32,000 nucleotides of DNA from Acinetobacter wanghuae (GTDB taxonomy: Bacteria; Pseudomonadota; Gammaproteobacteria; Pseudomonadales; Moraxellaceae): contig NZ_CP045650.1 of NCBI RefSeq assembly GCF_009557235.1, forward strand, positions 1,710,001 through 1,742,000. The letters run 5' to 3'. Made by a program: the position numbers and the translations under genes. Below the pieces are notes generated by a model. It saw only the letters and a program-made list of their open reading frames with translations. It had not been told where the DNA came from and did not search any database. Numbering within the stretch: position 1 is the first letter of the stretch; every line of letters starts with the position of its first letter. Shown in pieces: positions 7,372-16,183 of the stretch.

Positions 7372-9159
7372 TTAGGTCGGATCATCTAAGCTATGAATTT
7401 GCTGCAATGACCAATACCAACCTTTTTCACCCGCAACTCGGAAACATTCGATATCCAACAATTCTCTTGCACGACGAAGTGATGCTAGTGTTACCTTGGC
7501 TTCATTAGCTTTTTCTAGAACTTCTGTAGAAGGCATTTTATCTACATTACCTAATAACCGTATCAAGAACTTTTTCGCTTTAGCCACTGCAGAATTGTCT
7601 TCATCCCTACCTAACTCCGCATTTTTTAAAAGCTCTGAAGCTGTTCCGTCAATTCCCCCCAACCAGTTTATTTTTGTGGTTTCAATTTCATTTAAAATAT
7701 GAACCGGTTCAATTTGATAACGAAGCCCACCCTCCAAGGTTGAATTATTACTTTTTGCCCGCGCTAAAATATAATCACCTTCAGCCTCTCTCCGAACTGC
7801 ACACCAAGCCATACGAGGTAACGCAGTAAAAGCTTGAGAGCCTAAAATTCGATCTGCGGGATTATTGCTTACACCACCTTTTGAGAAATGAGTAATTCCT
7901 AAAATTGCAAAGCCATATTGACTGGCTAGATCAACTAAAGGCTGTAAGGAGCGTCTCACATCATTTGCCTTATTCATATCACCACTGACAGCAGAAATAA
8001 TAGGGTCGATCATTAGAAGTTTAAGATCCGGGTTGGCTTTGACGTAGCTCTCAATTTTCGGAAAGTCCTTAACAGGATCAAAATGTACTATTTCACCTTT
8101 TTGATTAGTACATCCAGCAATAATTGAGACTTGATTAATATCCGCACCATTAGCTATTAATCTGGGTTTTAATGTGTCTGCTGGATCATCCTCTGTCGAA
8201 TAAATTAATACCTTCCCAGAATTTTCACACCTTGTGCCATCTGGAAAAATTCCGTCAGTTGTAATAGTAGAAATTAATGCCAGAGTTAAAGTAGTTTTCC
8301 CACAACCACCGGCACCAGCTAAAATTGTCATTTTGCCTAATGGCAACCATCCAGGCCATAGCCATTGAATCGGTACGGCCTCAATATCATTCATATTAAC
8401 AATTTTAATTTCATCTCTATGGGAGCCCTTAATCTCAGGATCTTCATTCACAGCTCCATATTGCTTAGAAAAATCTTTATATAACTGTTGAAGATAACCT
8501 TGTAATTTCAATTTAGTTTGAAATTTTAAGATCATATCCTCATCAAATAAGCTGAAGGCATCTGTAATAGTCTTCGATTTATTAACTGCGATTGGGCTGT
8601 TTACTGTGGTATTTAAGAAGAATTCAACACAATCGCTGAGACGACTAGCACATGCTACACGCTCACCACACTGTGCAATCTTTAGAGCAACCTCTAAGTT
8701 ATCTGTACAATAATTGATTTTTGGATGAGTAATATTCTTATTAAATACAGATACTCCATCTTGCCCTATCACATACTTGAATAAATTCTTTGATTTATAC
8801 TCGCCTTTTCTTCTACCTAATGCGAGCACACCACAACTTTCACCTTCTCTATTAAATAAATCTATTGCTAGAAATCCTTCAATATCGAATTTTTGATTAC
8901 TGTTATCTAAACATGAGTATTCTTTGAATTCATGGAACAGCTGTGAATTACAAATGTTGTAGTGGACTAATACTGGATTTTTTACATACGCTTTTCTTAA
9001 AAACTTATTTCTAAAGTCTTCTATATCAAGACCAACTGAATTTTCACATTTTTTATTCTGAATCAAATATCTCTCCATATCTGAACATAGAGTTTTTTTG
9101 ACACCATGAACAGATTCGCAAGTTACATCAGATTCAGTAACGTTATTACTTTTTGACAT
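7372..9159 (-). CDS. Primase/helicase-like replication protein with a RepA-like (AAA_25, RecA-superfamily) ATPase domain and a C-terminal winged-helix-like tail
   Basis: 595-aa ORF. The central segment PIQWLWPGWLPLGKMTILAGAGGCGKTTLTLAL carries Walker A. LKLLMIDPIISA carries Walker B, and ITHFSKG follows. This pattern is typical of RepA-like ATPases of P4-like, PICI-like and other integrative elements. The N-terminal ~260 aa are only weakly Toprim-like. It sits directly downstream of the alpA-like gene. Confidence 0.8.
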   Translation of the reverse strand: MSKSNNVTESDVTCESVHGVKKTLCSDMERYLIQNKKCENSVGLDIEDFRNKFLRKAYVKNPVLVHYNICNSQLFHEFKEYSCLDNSNQKFDIEGFLAIDLFNREGESCGVLALGRRKGEYKSKNLFKYVIGQDGVSVFNKNITHPKINYCTDNLEVALKIAQCGERVACASRLSDCVEFFLNTTVNSPIAVNKSKTITDAFSLFDEDMILKFQTKLKLQGYLQQLYKDFSKQYGAVNEDPEIKGSHRDEIKIVNMNDIEAVPIQWLWPGWLPLGKMTILAGAGGCGKTTLTLALISTITTDGIFPDGTRCENSGKVLIYSTEDDPADTLKPRLIANGADINQVSIIAGCTNQKGEIVHFDPVKDFPKIESYVKANPDLKLLMIDPIISAVSGDMNKANDVRRSLQPLVDLASQYGFAILGITHFSKGGVSNNPADRILGSQAFTALPRMAWCAVRREAEGDYILARAKSNNSTLEGGLRYQIEPVHILNEIETTKINWLGGIDGTASELLKNAELGRDEDNSAVAKAKKFLIRLLGNVDKMPSTEVLEKANEAKVTLASLRRARELLDIECFRVAGEKGWYWSLQQIHSLDDPT

Positions 9160-9255
9160 CTCTCCCCCCTAAAAATTAAACACAAACCTCCCCAACCCGC
9201 TTCAACTAAAGAAGCAGTTATCGAATAAATTTCATTAAGGAGGTGATTGAATTAG

Positions 9256-9453
9256 TTAATTAATTTCACCAGCAAACTTAAGAATTTCATTTCTATTCCA
9301 GCGAAGTAAGCGACCATGTCGCTTAGGAGTGATAGGGCCATTTTCGTAAATAGCCCATTTGCGAAGGGTCTGAGGTTGCATACCCAGTATTTCTGCAGCC
9401 TCTTTTGTTGTTAAAAGTAGTTTTTTATCACTTAAATTGCTTTGATTAGACAC
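9256..9453 (-). CDS. alpA: AlpA/excisionase-family (MerR-like HTH_17) DNA-binding protein
   Basis: 65-aa ORF with a GTG start. LLTTKEAAEILGMQPQTLRKWAIYENGPITPKRHGRLLRWNRNEILKF matches the AlpA/Xis-type HTH pattern. It is first in a two-gene leftward operon with the primase-like gene. Confidence 0.8.
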   Translation of the reverse strand: MSNQSNLSDKKLLLTTKEAAEILGMQPQTLRKWAIYENGPITPKRHGRLLRWNRNEILKFAGEIN

Positions 9454-9515
9454 AGTGCATTACCTTTTAATTATTAAAATCATCTTGTGGTTATCAAAAC
9501 AAATTAAAAGCAACG

Positions 9516-9535
9516 ACAAAAGTGTCAGCTTTTGT
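9516..9535. promoter_or_regulatory. Inverted repeat ACAAAAG-N6-CTTTTGT in the alpA / 275-aa-ORF divergent intergenic region (candidate operator)
   Basis: A perfect 7-bp inverted repeat is read directly from the sequence. The left half with its flank (ACGACAAAAG) resembles box 2 of the 6.6-kb control region (TCGACAAAAAG). Confidence 0.35.
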
Positions 9536-9579
9536 TTAGAATACTAACACTTGACAAGAATATATTTACGTGAATCGAA

Positions 9580-10407
9580 ATGAGTAAACCAAAAAGAAGC
9601 TCTTTAGAAGTTGCAAAAACTATTGCTTGGTATGATTTAACTTTTAGTGTATTGAGTGCATTAAAGGGGCTTAATGCACACAAGGACATAGCCACCTATT
9701 TTCATGAAGAACTAGTAATTAACGAAGAAGATAGTAATATTTTTAAAAAATACAAAAGAGGAATCGTTACCCCTAGCAACCTCTGGATACAGAGATGTGA
9801 AGATAGATTCCCTGGTTCATATGACTATCTGAAACATAAATTATGGTTCTTTTTAGAACATAAACCATTAGATGAGGAGACGTTAAATCTATGCCTGAAG
9901 AATTTACCAGTAACCTTCTTACACATGATTTGTACTGATATAACCACAAGAGAAATTAAAGATTTAACTATCAAAGACATTAATGAAATTAAAAGTTATT
10001 ACAATTTCAATAGTTTATCGTGTTTAGTATTTTTATATTATCTAGGCATCCAAATAGGCAGTAAGGAGCTAATCAATACCTCATGTCTAGCGATTTTTGA
10101 CAGTTTTGAAAAATTATCGCAATTCGCTCCTTTAAGACGCGCACATATCTTTCTTTTTAACATAATTTCAGAACAGATTTTTTTCTTAGAATTCAGGGAG
10201 AATATTTTAAATAATCCTGTTCGATATTTCATTCCTTGGCAACAATATAGAGAACAATATTGGGATAATCTCAGCAAACAAGAGTCAATCGATATTGAAA
10301 CAAAATTTCAAAATGACCAAATCCTAAATACGTACCTTCTTGAACATGAAAATATTATGCGTGAGTTAGAGATTAATGGTTTGAAAGATTTCACCTTAAA
10401 GCGATAA
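9580..10407 (+). CDS. Hypothetical protein, 275 aa, no recognisable domain
   Basis: Long ORF in AT-rich island DNA, followed by a strong hairpin at 10461-10487. It is divergent from alpA and is the last island gene before the tRNA. Confidence 0.6.
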   Translation: MSKPKRSSLEVAKTIAWYDLTFSVLSALKGLNAHKDIATYFHEELVINEEDSNIFKKYKRGIVTPSNLWIQRCEDRFPGSYDYLKHKLWFFLEHKPLDEETLNLCLKNLPVTFLHMICTDITTREIKDLTIKDINEIKSYYNFNSLSCLVFLYYLGIQIGSKELINTSCLAIFDSFEKLSQFAPLRRAHIFLFNIISEQIFFLEFRENILNNPVRYFIPWQQYREQYWDNLSKQESIDIETKFQNDQILNTYLLEHENIMRELEINGLKDFTLKR

Positions 10408-10453
10408 CAGTTGATTTATTTTGCTTACCATATGCTTACTAAAATGCAAAAAC

Positions 10454-10494
10454 AAAAAAACCACTTACGATTAGTACACGTAAGTGGTTGTTTT
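10454..10494. terminator. Bidirectional rho-independent terminator (for the tRNA on the minus strand and the 275-aa ORF on the plus strand)
   Basis: Stem CCACTTACG (10461-10469) pairs with CGTAAGTGG (10479-10487) around a 9-nt loop. An A7 run lies on the left and TTGTTTT on the right. Confidence 0.7.
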
Positions 10495-10497
10495 ATA

Positions 10498-10574
<77 letters not shown>

Positions 10575-10863
10575 TATATGCCGAATTTGTTATTTATCAA
10601 CAAGTTCAAACGCACTGAATACTAGCTAACATTTTTTCAAAAAACAAGCACTTTTCTAACCAGTTGCACACTTACACAACAAACATGCATCGCTCAATTT
10701 TCTACAAAAATTGAAAAACTAAAACTTTAGCCAAATGACCATGATTTTCAAAGATAAGAAAGATTGCTTTTTAATCAAATCCAAATCACAAACCAATTTC
10801 ATTGATCGCTTTTAAATCTAAGTTCATTTCTATTTAGATAACAAGCGTCAAAGAATGACACAT

Positions 10864-10992
10864 TTAAGAATCTAAATATTCAGTATCAAATTTATCGGGT
10901 TTACGCATATCCAAGTAAATTTCGATTAAAGACCAAACAACGACAAGCGCTAAAATGAATAAAACTAACAATAAAGCGATCATATAAGTCAT
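10864..10992 (-). CDS. Possible small membrane protein (42 aa), below the ORF-track size cutoff
   Basis: Hand translation gives MTYMIALLLVLFILALVVVWSLIEIYLDMRKPDKFDTEYLDS. This is one hydrophobic helix plus a charged tail. No clear SD is present. Confidence 0.3.
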   Translation of the reverse strand: MTYMIALLLVLFILALVVVWSLIEIYLDMRKPDKFDTEYLDS

Positions 10993-11306
10993 TTTTTGAA
11001 ATTCCTTAACAATTTGAGCAACAACGCATGGATGAAATTGCAAACCTTCACCTTCGACAAAAGTCTAATGCTTAACATGAACAATGAATAGGTAATTTTT
11101 CAGAAAAATAAGAGTATTTTTATATCTGATAAGAGATTTAAAGACTTATGATTCGCTTATTAATACATAAAAAATATTAATAAGTTATATAAATTTTATT
11201 CTAGAGCACCGATGAGTCTTTTTATTTGTAGCTTTTAAAACAATTATTCTTGACTGTAAGCGCGAAGCATAAGAAATTAGCCCCTTCTCAATATATTCGT
11301 CGAATT

Positions 11307-11861
11307 ATGTTATATAAATTTATTGGCGAATCTGCATTTAAACTTGCAGGTTGGCAATACAAAGTCGAGCCGGATGTTCTAGAAGACAAACAAGTCATTG
11401 TTGGTTTTGAACATACTTCTATGATGGATGCTGTTCTTTCTTTGGCATTGTTCCAAATTTACGACATCAAAATCCATACACTCATTAAAAAGGAACTGTT
11501 TAAAGGTCCATTTAAGCCCTTATTAGAAGCGATTGGCGGTATTGCAGTCGATCGTAAATCGAGTAAAGACATCGTGACACAAATGGTTGAACATTTTGAA
11601 AAAAATGAAAAATTCAATCTTGTGATTGCACCCGAAGCAACACGCGCAAAGCAAGGTGAAGCACGTCGCCCGATTCGTACAGGCTTTTGGCATATTGCTA
11701 AAGCTGCCAATGTGCCCATTGTACTGATGTATGCCAACTCAAAAACCAAACAAGGTGGCATTTTCGGTAAGATTTATCCAACCGAGCTTAAGCATGATTT
11801 AGCGCTGCTTAAACAGTTGTATAAAGATAATGTCGGTTTAGATATCGTCATTCCTGAATAA
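11307..11861 (+). CDS. Lysophospholipid (1-acyl-sn-glycerol-3-phosphate-type) acyltransferase family protein
   Basis: It has the HX4D acyltransferase motif (FEHTSMMD) and an APEATR motif. The track ORF starts at TTG 11250; ATG 11307 (MLYKFIGES...) is the more likely start. Confidence 0.75.
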   Translation: MLYKFIGESAFKLAGWQYKVEPDVLEDKQVIVGFEHTSMMDAVLSLALFQIYDIKIHTLIKKELFKGPFKPLLEAIGGIAVDRKSSKDIVTQMVEHFEKNEKFNLVIAPEATRAKQGEARRPIRTGFWHIAKAANVPIVLMYANSKTKQGGIFGKIYPTELKHDLALLKQLYKDNVGLDIVIPE

Positions 11862-12088
11862 TTGAATTAAAGAGGATAGCAACGCGATGTCATTCTATCC
11901 TTTTAGCTTTTAGGCATGAAAAATAGACAAAGTGCATGGCATTTTTGATATTAAGACCATCAAAGCTGTATATTTTTCGTTCCAATCTTCAAAACTCAAA
12001 ACCTAGCACTTTTTTTTAAAAAAAAGCTTATGGTAGAATTTCATTATTCTGATAGGCATACAGCCAATCTACAAGGAGCATAGTTCGC

Positions 12089-12838
12089 ATGGCGGGTCAT
12101 TCCAAGTGGGCCAATATCAAGCATCGTAAAGCAAAACAAGATGCGAGTCGTGGTAAGCTTTTTACCAAATATATTCGTGAATTAACCACTGCTGCAAAGC
12201 TTGGTGGTGGCGATGCTGCAAGCAACCCACGTCTACGTGCCGTGGTTGAAAAAGCACTCTCTGTAAACATGACACGTGATGTGATTAACCGTGCGATTCA
12301 ACGCGGTGCGGGCGGCGAAGACAACGATGACTTAAAAGAAGTCACATACGAAGGCTACGGTGTTGGTGGTGTTGCTGTTCTTGTTGAAACCATGACAGAT
12401 AACCTGAATCGTACTGTACCAGACGTACGTCATTGCTTCTCTAAAACCAATGGTAATTTAGGCACTGCAGGTTCTGTGGCATATCTATTTACCAAACGTG
12501 GTGAGATTACTTTTGAAGATGTGTCTTTAGAAGATCAAATCATGGATGTAGCATTAGAAGCAGGCGCAGAAGACATCGAAGTTGCTGAAGATGAAATTAT
12601 GGTCATTACTACACCAGAATCTTTTGGTGATGTACAAGATGCCTTATCTGCAGCAGGTTTAAAATCAGACAATGCTGAAGTGGTCATGAGCCCTTCTACC
12701 AAAGCTGAAATTAACGATGTTGATCAAGCAAAATTAATCTTAAAAATGATTGATATGTTTGAAGACTTGGATGACGTACAAAACGTCTATACCAACGTTG
12801 AATTTACAGATGAAGTGATGGCTCAATTAGAAGCTTAA
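12089..12838 (+). CDS. yebC: YebC/PmpR-family DNA-binding transcriptional regulator
   Basis: The N-terminus [27 protein letters not shown] is the hallmark of this family. Length is 249 aa, and GGAG lies upstream. Confidence 0.95.
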   Translation: MAGHSKWANIKHRKAKQDASRGKLFTKYIRELTTAAKLGGGDAASNPRLRAVVEKALSVNMTRDVINRAIQRGAGGEDNDDLKEVTYEGYGVGGVAVLVETMTDNLNRTVPDVRHCFSKTNGNLGTAGSVAYLFTKRGEITFEDVSLEDQIMDVALEAGAEDIEVAEDEIMVITTPESFGDVQDALSAAGLKSDNAEVVMSPSTKAEINDVDQAKLILKMIDMFEDLDDVQNVYTNVEFTDEVMAQLEA

Positions 12839-12853
12839 ATTTCATTAAAAATC

Positions 12854-12882
12854 AAAAAAACGCGCTTTATGCGCGTTTTTTT
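12854..12882. terminator. Bidirectional rho-independent terminator
   Basis: AAAAAAACGCGC-tttat-GCGCGTTTTTTT forms a perfect hairpin with flanking A and T runs. It lies between the convergent yebC and the 103-aa ORF. Confidence 0.8.
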
Positions 12883-13192
12883 ATAAGCTTCCACCCACCC
12901 ACACATGAAAACTCAGCAAGATCGGCATTAACACCAATAAAAATATCAACAACAGTAAAAATGCAATGAACAGTCTCAGCAGCCACGCCTGAATCTGAGG
13001 TCTATGGTTAAACTTATTTTTCAAACAGTAAAGAAAAATGAAATATTGAATACACCACAGCCATGGATCTGCTATTTGTTCACGCCAATGTAACTGCATT
13101 TTCATCATGATGAAGTCAAATAGCAACCACAGCACGATACATAGAAAAAATATATAAATGATCTTACTAGAACTCGCGAGGTCGCTTTTCAT
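12881..13192 (-). CDS. Hypothetical integral membrane protein (103 aa)
   Basis: It has three hydrophobic segments. It begins 11 nt downstream of the lrp-family gene and ends in the terminator. No motif recognised. Confidence 0.45.
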   Translation of the reverse strand: MKSDLASSSKIIYIFFLCIVLWLLFDFIMMKMQLHWREQIADPWLWCIQYFIFLYCLKNKFNHRPQIQAWLLRLFIAFLLLLIFLLVLMPILLSFHVWVGGSL

Positions 13193-13203
13193 TGATATGA
13201 TTC

Positions 13204-13674
13204 TTAGACTTTATTCAGTAAGCCACTACAGTTAAAGACGTTATATTCTTTAATGACAAAGCTTGAATGCAGCGCGACCACATGCTCAATTTTTCCAATT
13301 TTTTTCAGCAAAATTTCGCTATAGTTTTCCATATCACGCGCGACGACTTCTACTATAAAATCTGCCGATTGTCCCGTGACTAAAAATGCATTAATCACTT
13401 CTGGAATACTTTCTAATTCTTCAAGGAATTTTGCAAAGGTATCGGTGTCATGTTTACTGAGTGAAACTTGTAGCAATACATGTAAGCTAAAGCCCAATTT
13501 TTGATAATTCAGTTCACGCTTCAAACCACTAATAATTTGATGATCAATAAGATGTTTAATACGGCGATGTACCGAACTCACCGATAAATTGACCCGTTCT
13601 GACAACTCATTTAAGTTCACATCTTCATGTGTCAAAATTTCTAAAATATTTTTATCGAATCGATCTAATTCCAT
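13204..13674 (-). CDS. Lrp/AsnC-family transcriptional regulator
   Basis: MELDRFDKNILEILTHEDVNLNELSERVNLSVSSVHRRIKHL is an HTH_AsnC region, followed by a C-terminal RAM/AsnC_trans_reg-like half. GGAG (13681-13684) lies 6 nt before ATG 13674. The track ORF extends to 13701. Confidence 0.9.
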   Translation of the reverse strand: MELDRFDKNILEILTHEDVNLNELSERVNLSVSSVHRRIKHLIDHQIISGLKRELNYQKLGFSLHVLLQVSLSKHDTDTFAKFLEELESIPEVINAFLVTGQSADFIVEVVARDMENYSEILLKKIGKIEHVVALHSSFVIKEYNVFNCSGLLNKV

Positions 13675-13943
13675 TTTTATCTCCACTGATGCTTTAGACA
13701 TGACAATCAGAATTTAGACTTGATATTAATTTTCACTATCTTAATTTTATATACCTGTAAATCTAAAAAAAGAAGCCATTTCATCTTTTATTTTTTATTT
13801 TTAGCGCAATAGTCGGTATTTTTTTCTAAAAACCTTTTCGATTAAGTATTACAAACCTATTTCAAAAGAGATATAAAGTTGCAGCGACATCATCAAGCTA
13901 TATTCTGGCGGGCTCAATTGGATCTATACTTGTCATAAGGCAA

Positions 13944-13972
13944 AAAAATATGCACATCATGCGCATATTTTT
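13944..13972 (-). terminator. Rho-independent terminator downstream of the GST gene
   Basis: The hairpin is AAAAATATGCAC-atcat-GCGCATATTTTT. The single mismatch becomes a G-U wobble in the minus-strand RNA, and a T-run follows on the minus strand. Confidence 0.6.
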
Positions 13973-13989
13973 ATTTACAAAGAGTATTT

Positions 13990-14754
13990 TTAAACCCCGC
14001 GCCAATCTACACGTGCTGAACGTTCTGTCTGATACATCTTAAGAACATATTGCCCCAAAGGCTTTTCTAACAATGCTTGCTGATAACTTCGAAACTCTTC
14101 AGATAGCATTTCAAAATGTTCTTTTTCCCACGGCGTACCTTGAATGGATAACAATGGCGCTAACATGGAACACACGGCAATATCTGCCAAACTGAAACGT
14201 TGACCGACAAAATACTGACTACCCTGCTGCACATATAATTGATTTAAGTGTTCAATACTCTCATCAATAAAATGTTTTGATTCAGCCACAGAGGCTTCAT
14301 TTAAGGCATATCCTTTGGTCATGACAGCTTTAAGCAATGGTTTCGAGAAGCGTTCAAATTGACGTAAATAGCCTTTTTCCCCAATCAAAATATCCATGGA
14401 TTCCTGATCATCATGAAAGGCTTGCGATAAAATCCAACGCCGAATATGACGTCCCATTTCCAAGGTCATCTCATTGATATCTAAAACACTTTGGCGTAAA
14501 TGCGGATCCACTGGCAATAAGCGATGTTCAGGATAATGCGCATCTAAATACAATGCGATTTGAGTTGAATCCGCAATGAAGGTCGTCTGGTCTTTTAAAA
14601 TGGGTAAACGGTTCTGTCCTGTTTTTAAGCGTGCAAATGCCCGATGTACACCTGGAGTCAAATTCTGCGCAACATAATCCAGTTCCTTGTAATCGAGCAT
14701 CCAACGTGCTTTTTCACAAAAATGAGAGAGTGGAAACTGGTATAAAATTCGCAT
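13990..14754 (-). CDS. Glutathione S-transferase family protein
   Basis: 254 aa. It has an N-terminal thioredoxin-like GST fold (MRILYQFPLSHFCEKARWMLDYKELDY ... LPILKD) and a C-terminal helical GST domain (FSLADIAVCSMLAPL). Confidence 0.85.
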   Translation of the reverse strand: MRILYQFPLSHFCEKARWMLDYKELDYVAQNLTPGVHRAFARLKTGQNRLPILKDQTTFIADSTQIALYLDAHYPEHRLLPVDPHLRQSVLDINEMTLEMGRHIRRWILSQAFHDDQESMDILIGEKGYLRQFERFSKPLLKAVMTKGYALNEASVAESKHFIDESIEHLNQLYVQQGSQYFVGQRFSLADIAVCSMLAPLLSIQGTPWEKEHFEMLSEEFRSYQQALLEKPLGQYVLKMYQTERSARVDWRGV

Positions 14755-15025
14755 GCATACTCCAAATAAGGGATAGATAACGTCTGGTTCAAGCCTTTTT
14801 AAAGGATAAGAATACTGTAGTCATTTGCATCTATAAAAACAATGCGCTTTTTCTTCAAAAAATAAGCACATACATCACAGTGCTTATACGAAAACCATAC
14901 ACAGACTTTAAAAGTACATTGCTGATCATCACATCGCAATAAAGCCATCCGACATGACCTGACTTTAGCCACAGTTTCATGTAAAATCGATGACAATTTT
15001 TATATAACGCTTTGTGAGTTATTTC

Positions 15026-16117
15026 ATGGGTTTTAATTGCGGTATTGTAGGCCTGCCTAACGTTGGTAAATCTACCCTTTTCAATGCATTAACAAAAGCT
15101 GCTATTGCTGCAGAAAACTTCCCATTCTGTACGATTGAGCCGAATACAGGGATCGTTCCTGTGCCAGACCAACGTTTGGATAAATTGACTGCCATTGTTA
15201 AACCGCAACGCGTTATTCCAACAGCAATGGAATTTGTCGATATTGCAGGTTTAGTTGCAGGCGCATCGAAAGGCGAAGGCTTGGGCAACCAATTCCTTGC
15301 CAATATCCGTGAAACTGACGCAATTGCACATGTGGTTCGTTGTTTTGAAGATGAAAACGTCATTCATGTGAATGGTAAAATTGATCCACTCGATGATATC
15401 GCAACCATTAACACTGAACTTGCTTTAGCTGACTTAGAAGCCGTAGCAAAAGCAATTACTCGTTTGACGAAATCTGCAAAAAGCGGTGATAAAGAAGCGA
15501 TTGCGATTAAAGCGATTTTAGAAAAAATTCAACCATTATTGGATGAAGGTAAACCAGCACGCGCGGCAGACCTTGATGATGACGAACGTAAATTAGTACG
15601 TGGTTTTGGTTTAATGACATTAAAACCGACCATGTACATCGCAAACGTGGCTGAAGATGGTTTCGAAAACAATCCACATTTGGATGCGGTTCGTGAACTT
15701 GCTGCTGCTGAAAATGCAATTGTGGTGCCACTGTGCAACCAAATTGAAGCCGAAATTTCATTACTTGAAGATGAAGATCGCGCAGAATTCCTTGAAGCCA
15801 TGGATATGGAAGAACCAGGTCTAAACGCGGTTATTCGTGCAGGTTATTCACTCCTTGGCTTGCAAACTTACTTCACTGCGGGTGTACAAGAAGTTCGCGC
15901 TTGGACTGTAAAAGTGGGTGCAACTGCACCGCAAGCTGCTGGCGTGATTCACACTGACTTTGAAAAAGGCTTTATCCGTGCTGAATGTATTGCTTATGAT
16001 GACTTCATTCAATACAACGGCGAAGCAGGCGCGAAAGAAGCAGGTAAATGGCGTTTAGAAGGTAAAACATACATCGTTCAAGACGGTGACGTTCTACACT
16101 TCCGCTTTAACGTATAA
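15026..16117 (+). CDS. ychF: Ribosome-binding / redox-regulated ATPase YchF
   Basis: [23 protein letters not shown] is the G1 motif. The sequence includes DIAGLV, and the TGS-like C-terminus ends in VLHFRFNV. The track ORF starts 4 codons earlier at GTG 15014. Confidence 0.95.
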   Translation: MGFNCGIVGLPNVGKSTLFNALTKAAIAAENFPFCTIEPNTGIVPVPDQRLDKLTAIVKPQRVIPTAMEFVDIAGLVAGASKGEGLGNQFLANIRETDAIAHVVRCFEDENVIHVNGKIDPLDDIATINTELALADLEAVAKAITRLTKSAKSGDKEAIAIKAILEKIQPLLDEGKPARAADLDDDERKLVRGFGLMTLKPTMYIANVAEDGFENNPHLDAVRELAAAENAIVVPLCNQIEAEISLLEDEDRAEFLEAMDMEEPGLNAVIRAGYSLLGLQTYFTAGVQEVRAWTVKVGATAPQAAGVIHTDFEKGFIRAECIAYDDFIQYNGEAGAKEAGKWRLEGKTYIVQDGDVLHFRFNV

Positions 16118-16130
16118 ACAAAAATAAATA

Positions 16131-16157
16131 AAAAGCCCCGAATCATCGGGGCTTTTT
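16131..16157 (+). terminator. Rho-independent terminator after ychF
   Basis: AAAAGCCCCG-aatcat-CGGGGCTTTTT. Confidence 0.8.
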
Positions 16158-16183
16158 ATTATCTTGTGATAGCCGTTAAAATA

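Noticed and set aside
14799-14996. 65-aa minus-strand ORF between the GST gene and ychF
   Set aside because: It has no SD and an odd Cys/basic-rich sequence. It occupies what is more simply the divergent promoter region. No support beyond being open.
15019-15801. Minus-strand ORFs 15019..15363, 15507..15761 and 15529..15801
   Set aside because: They are antisense shadows inside ychF, which is unambiguous.
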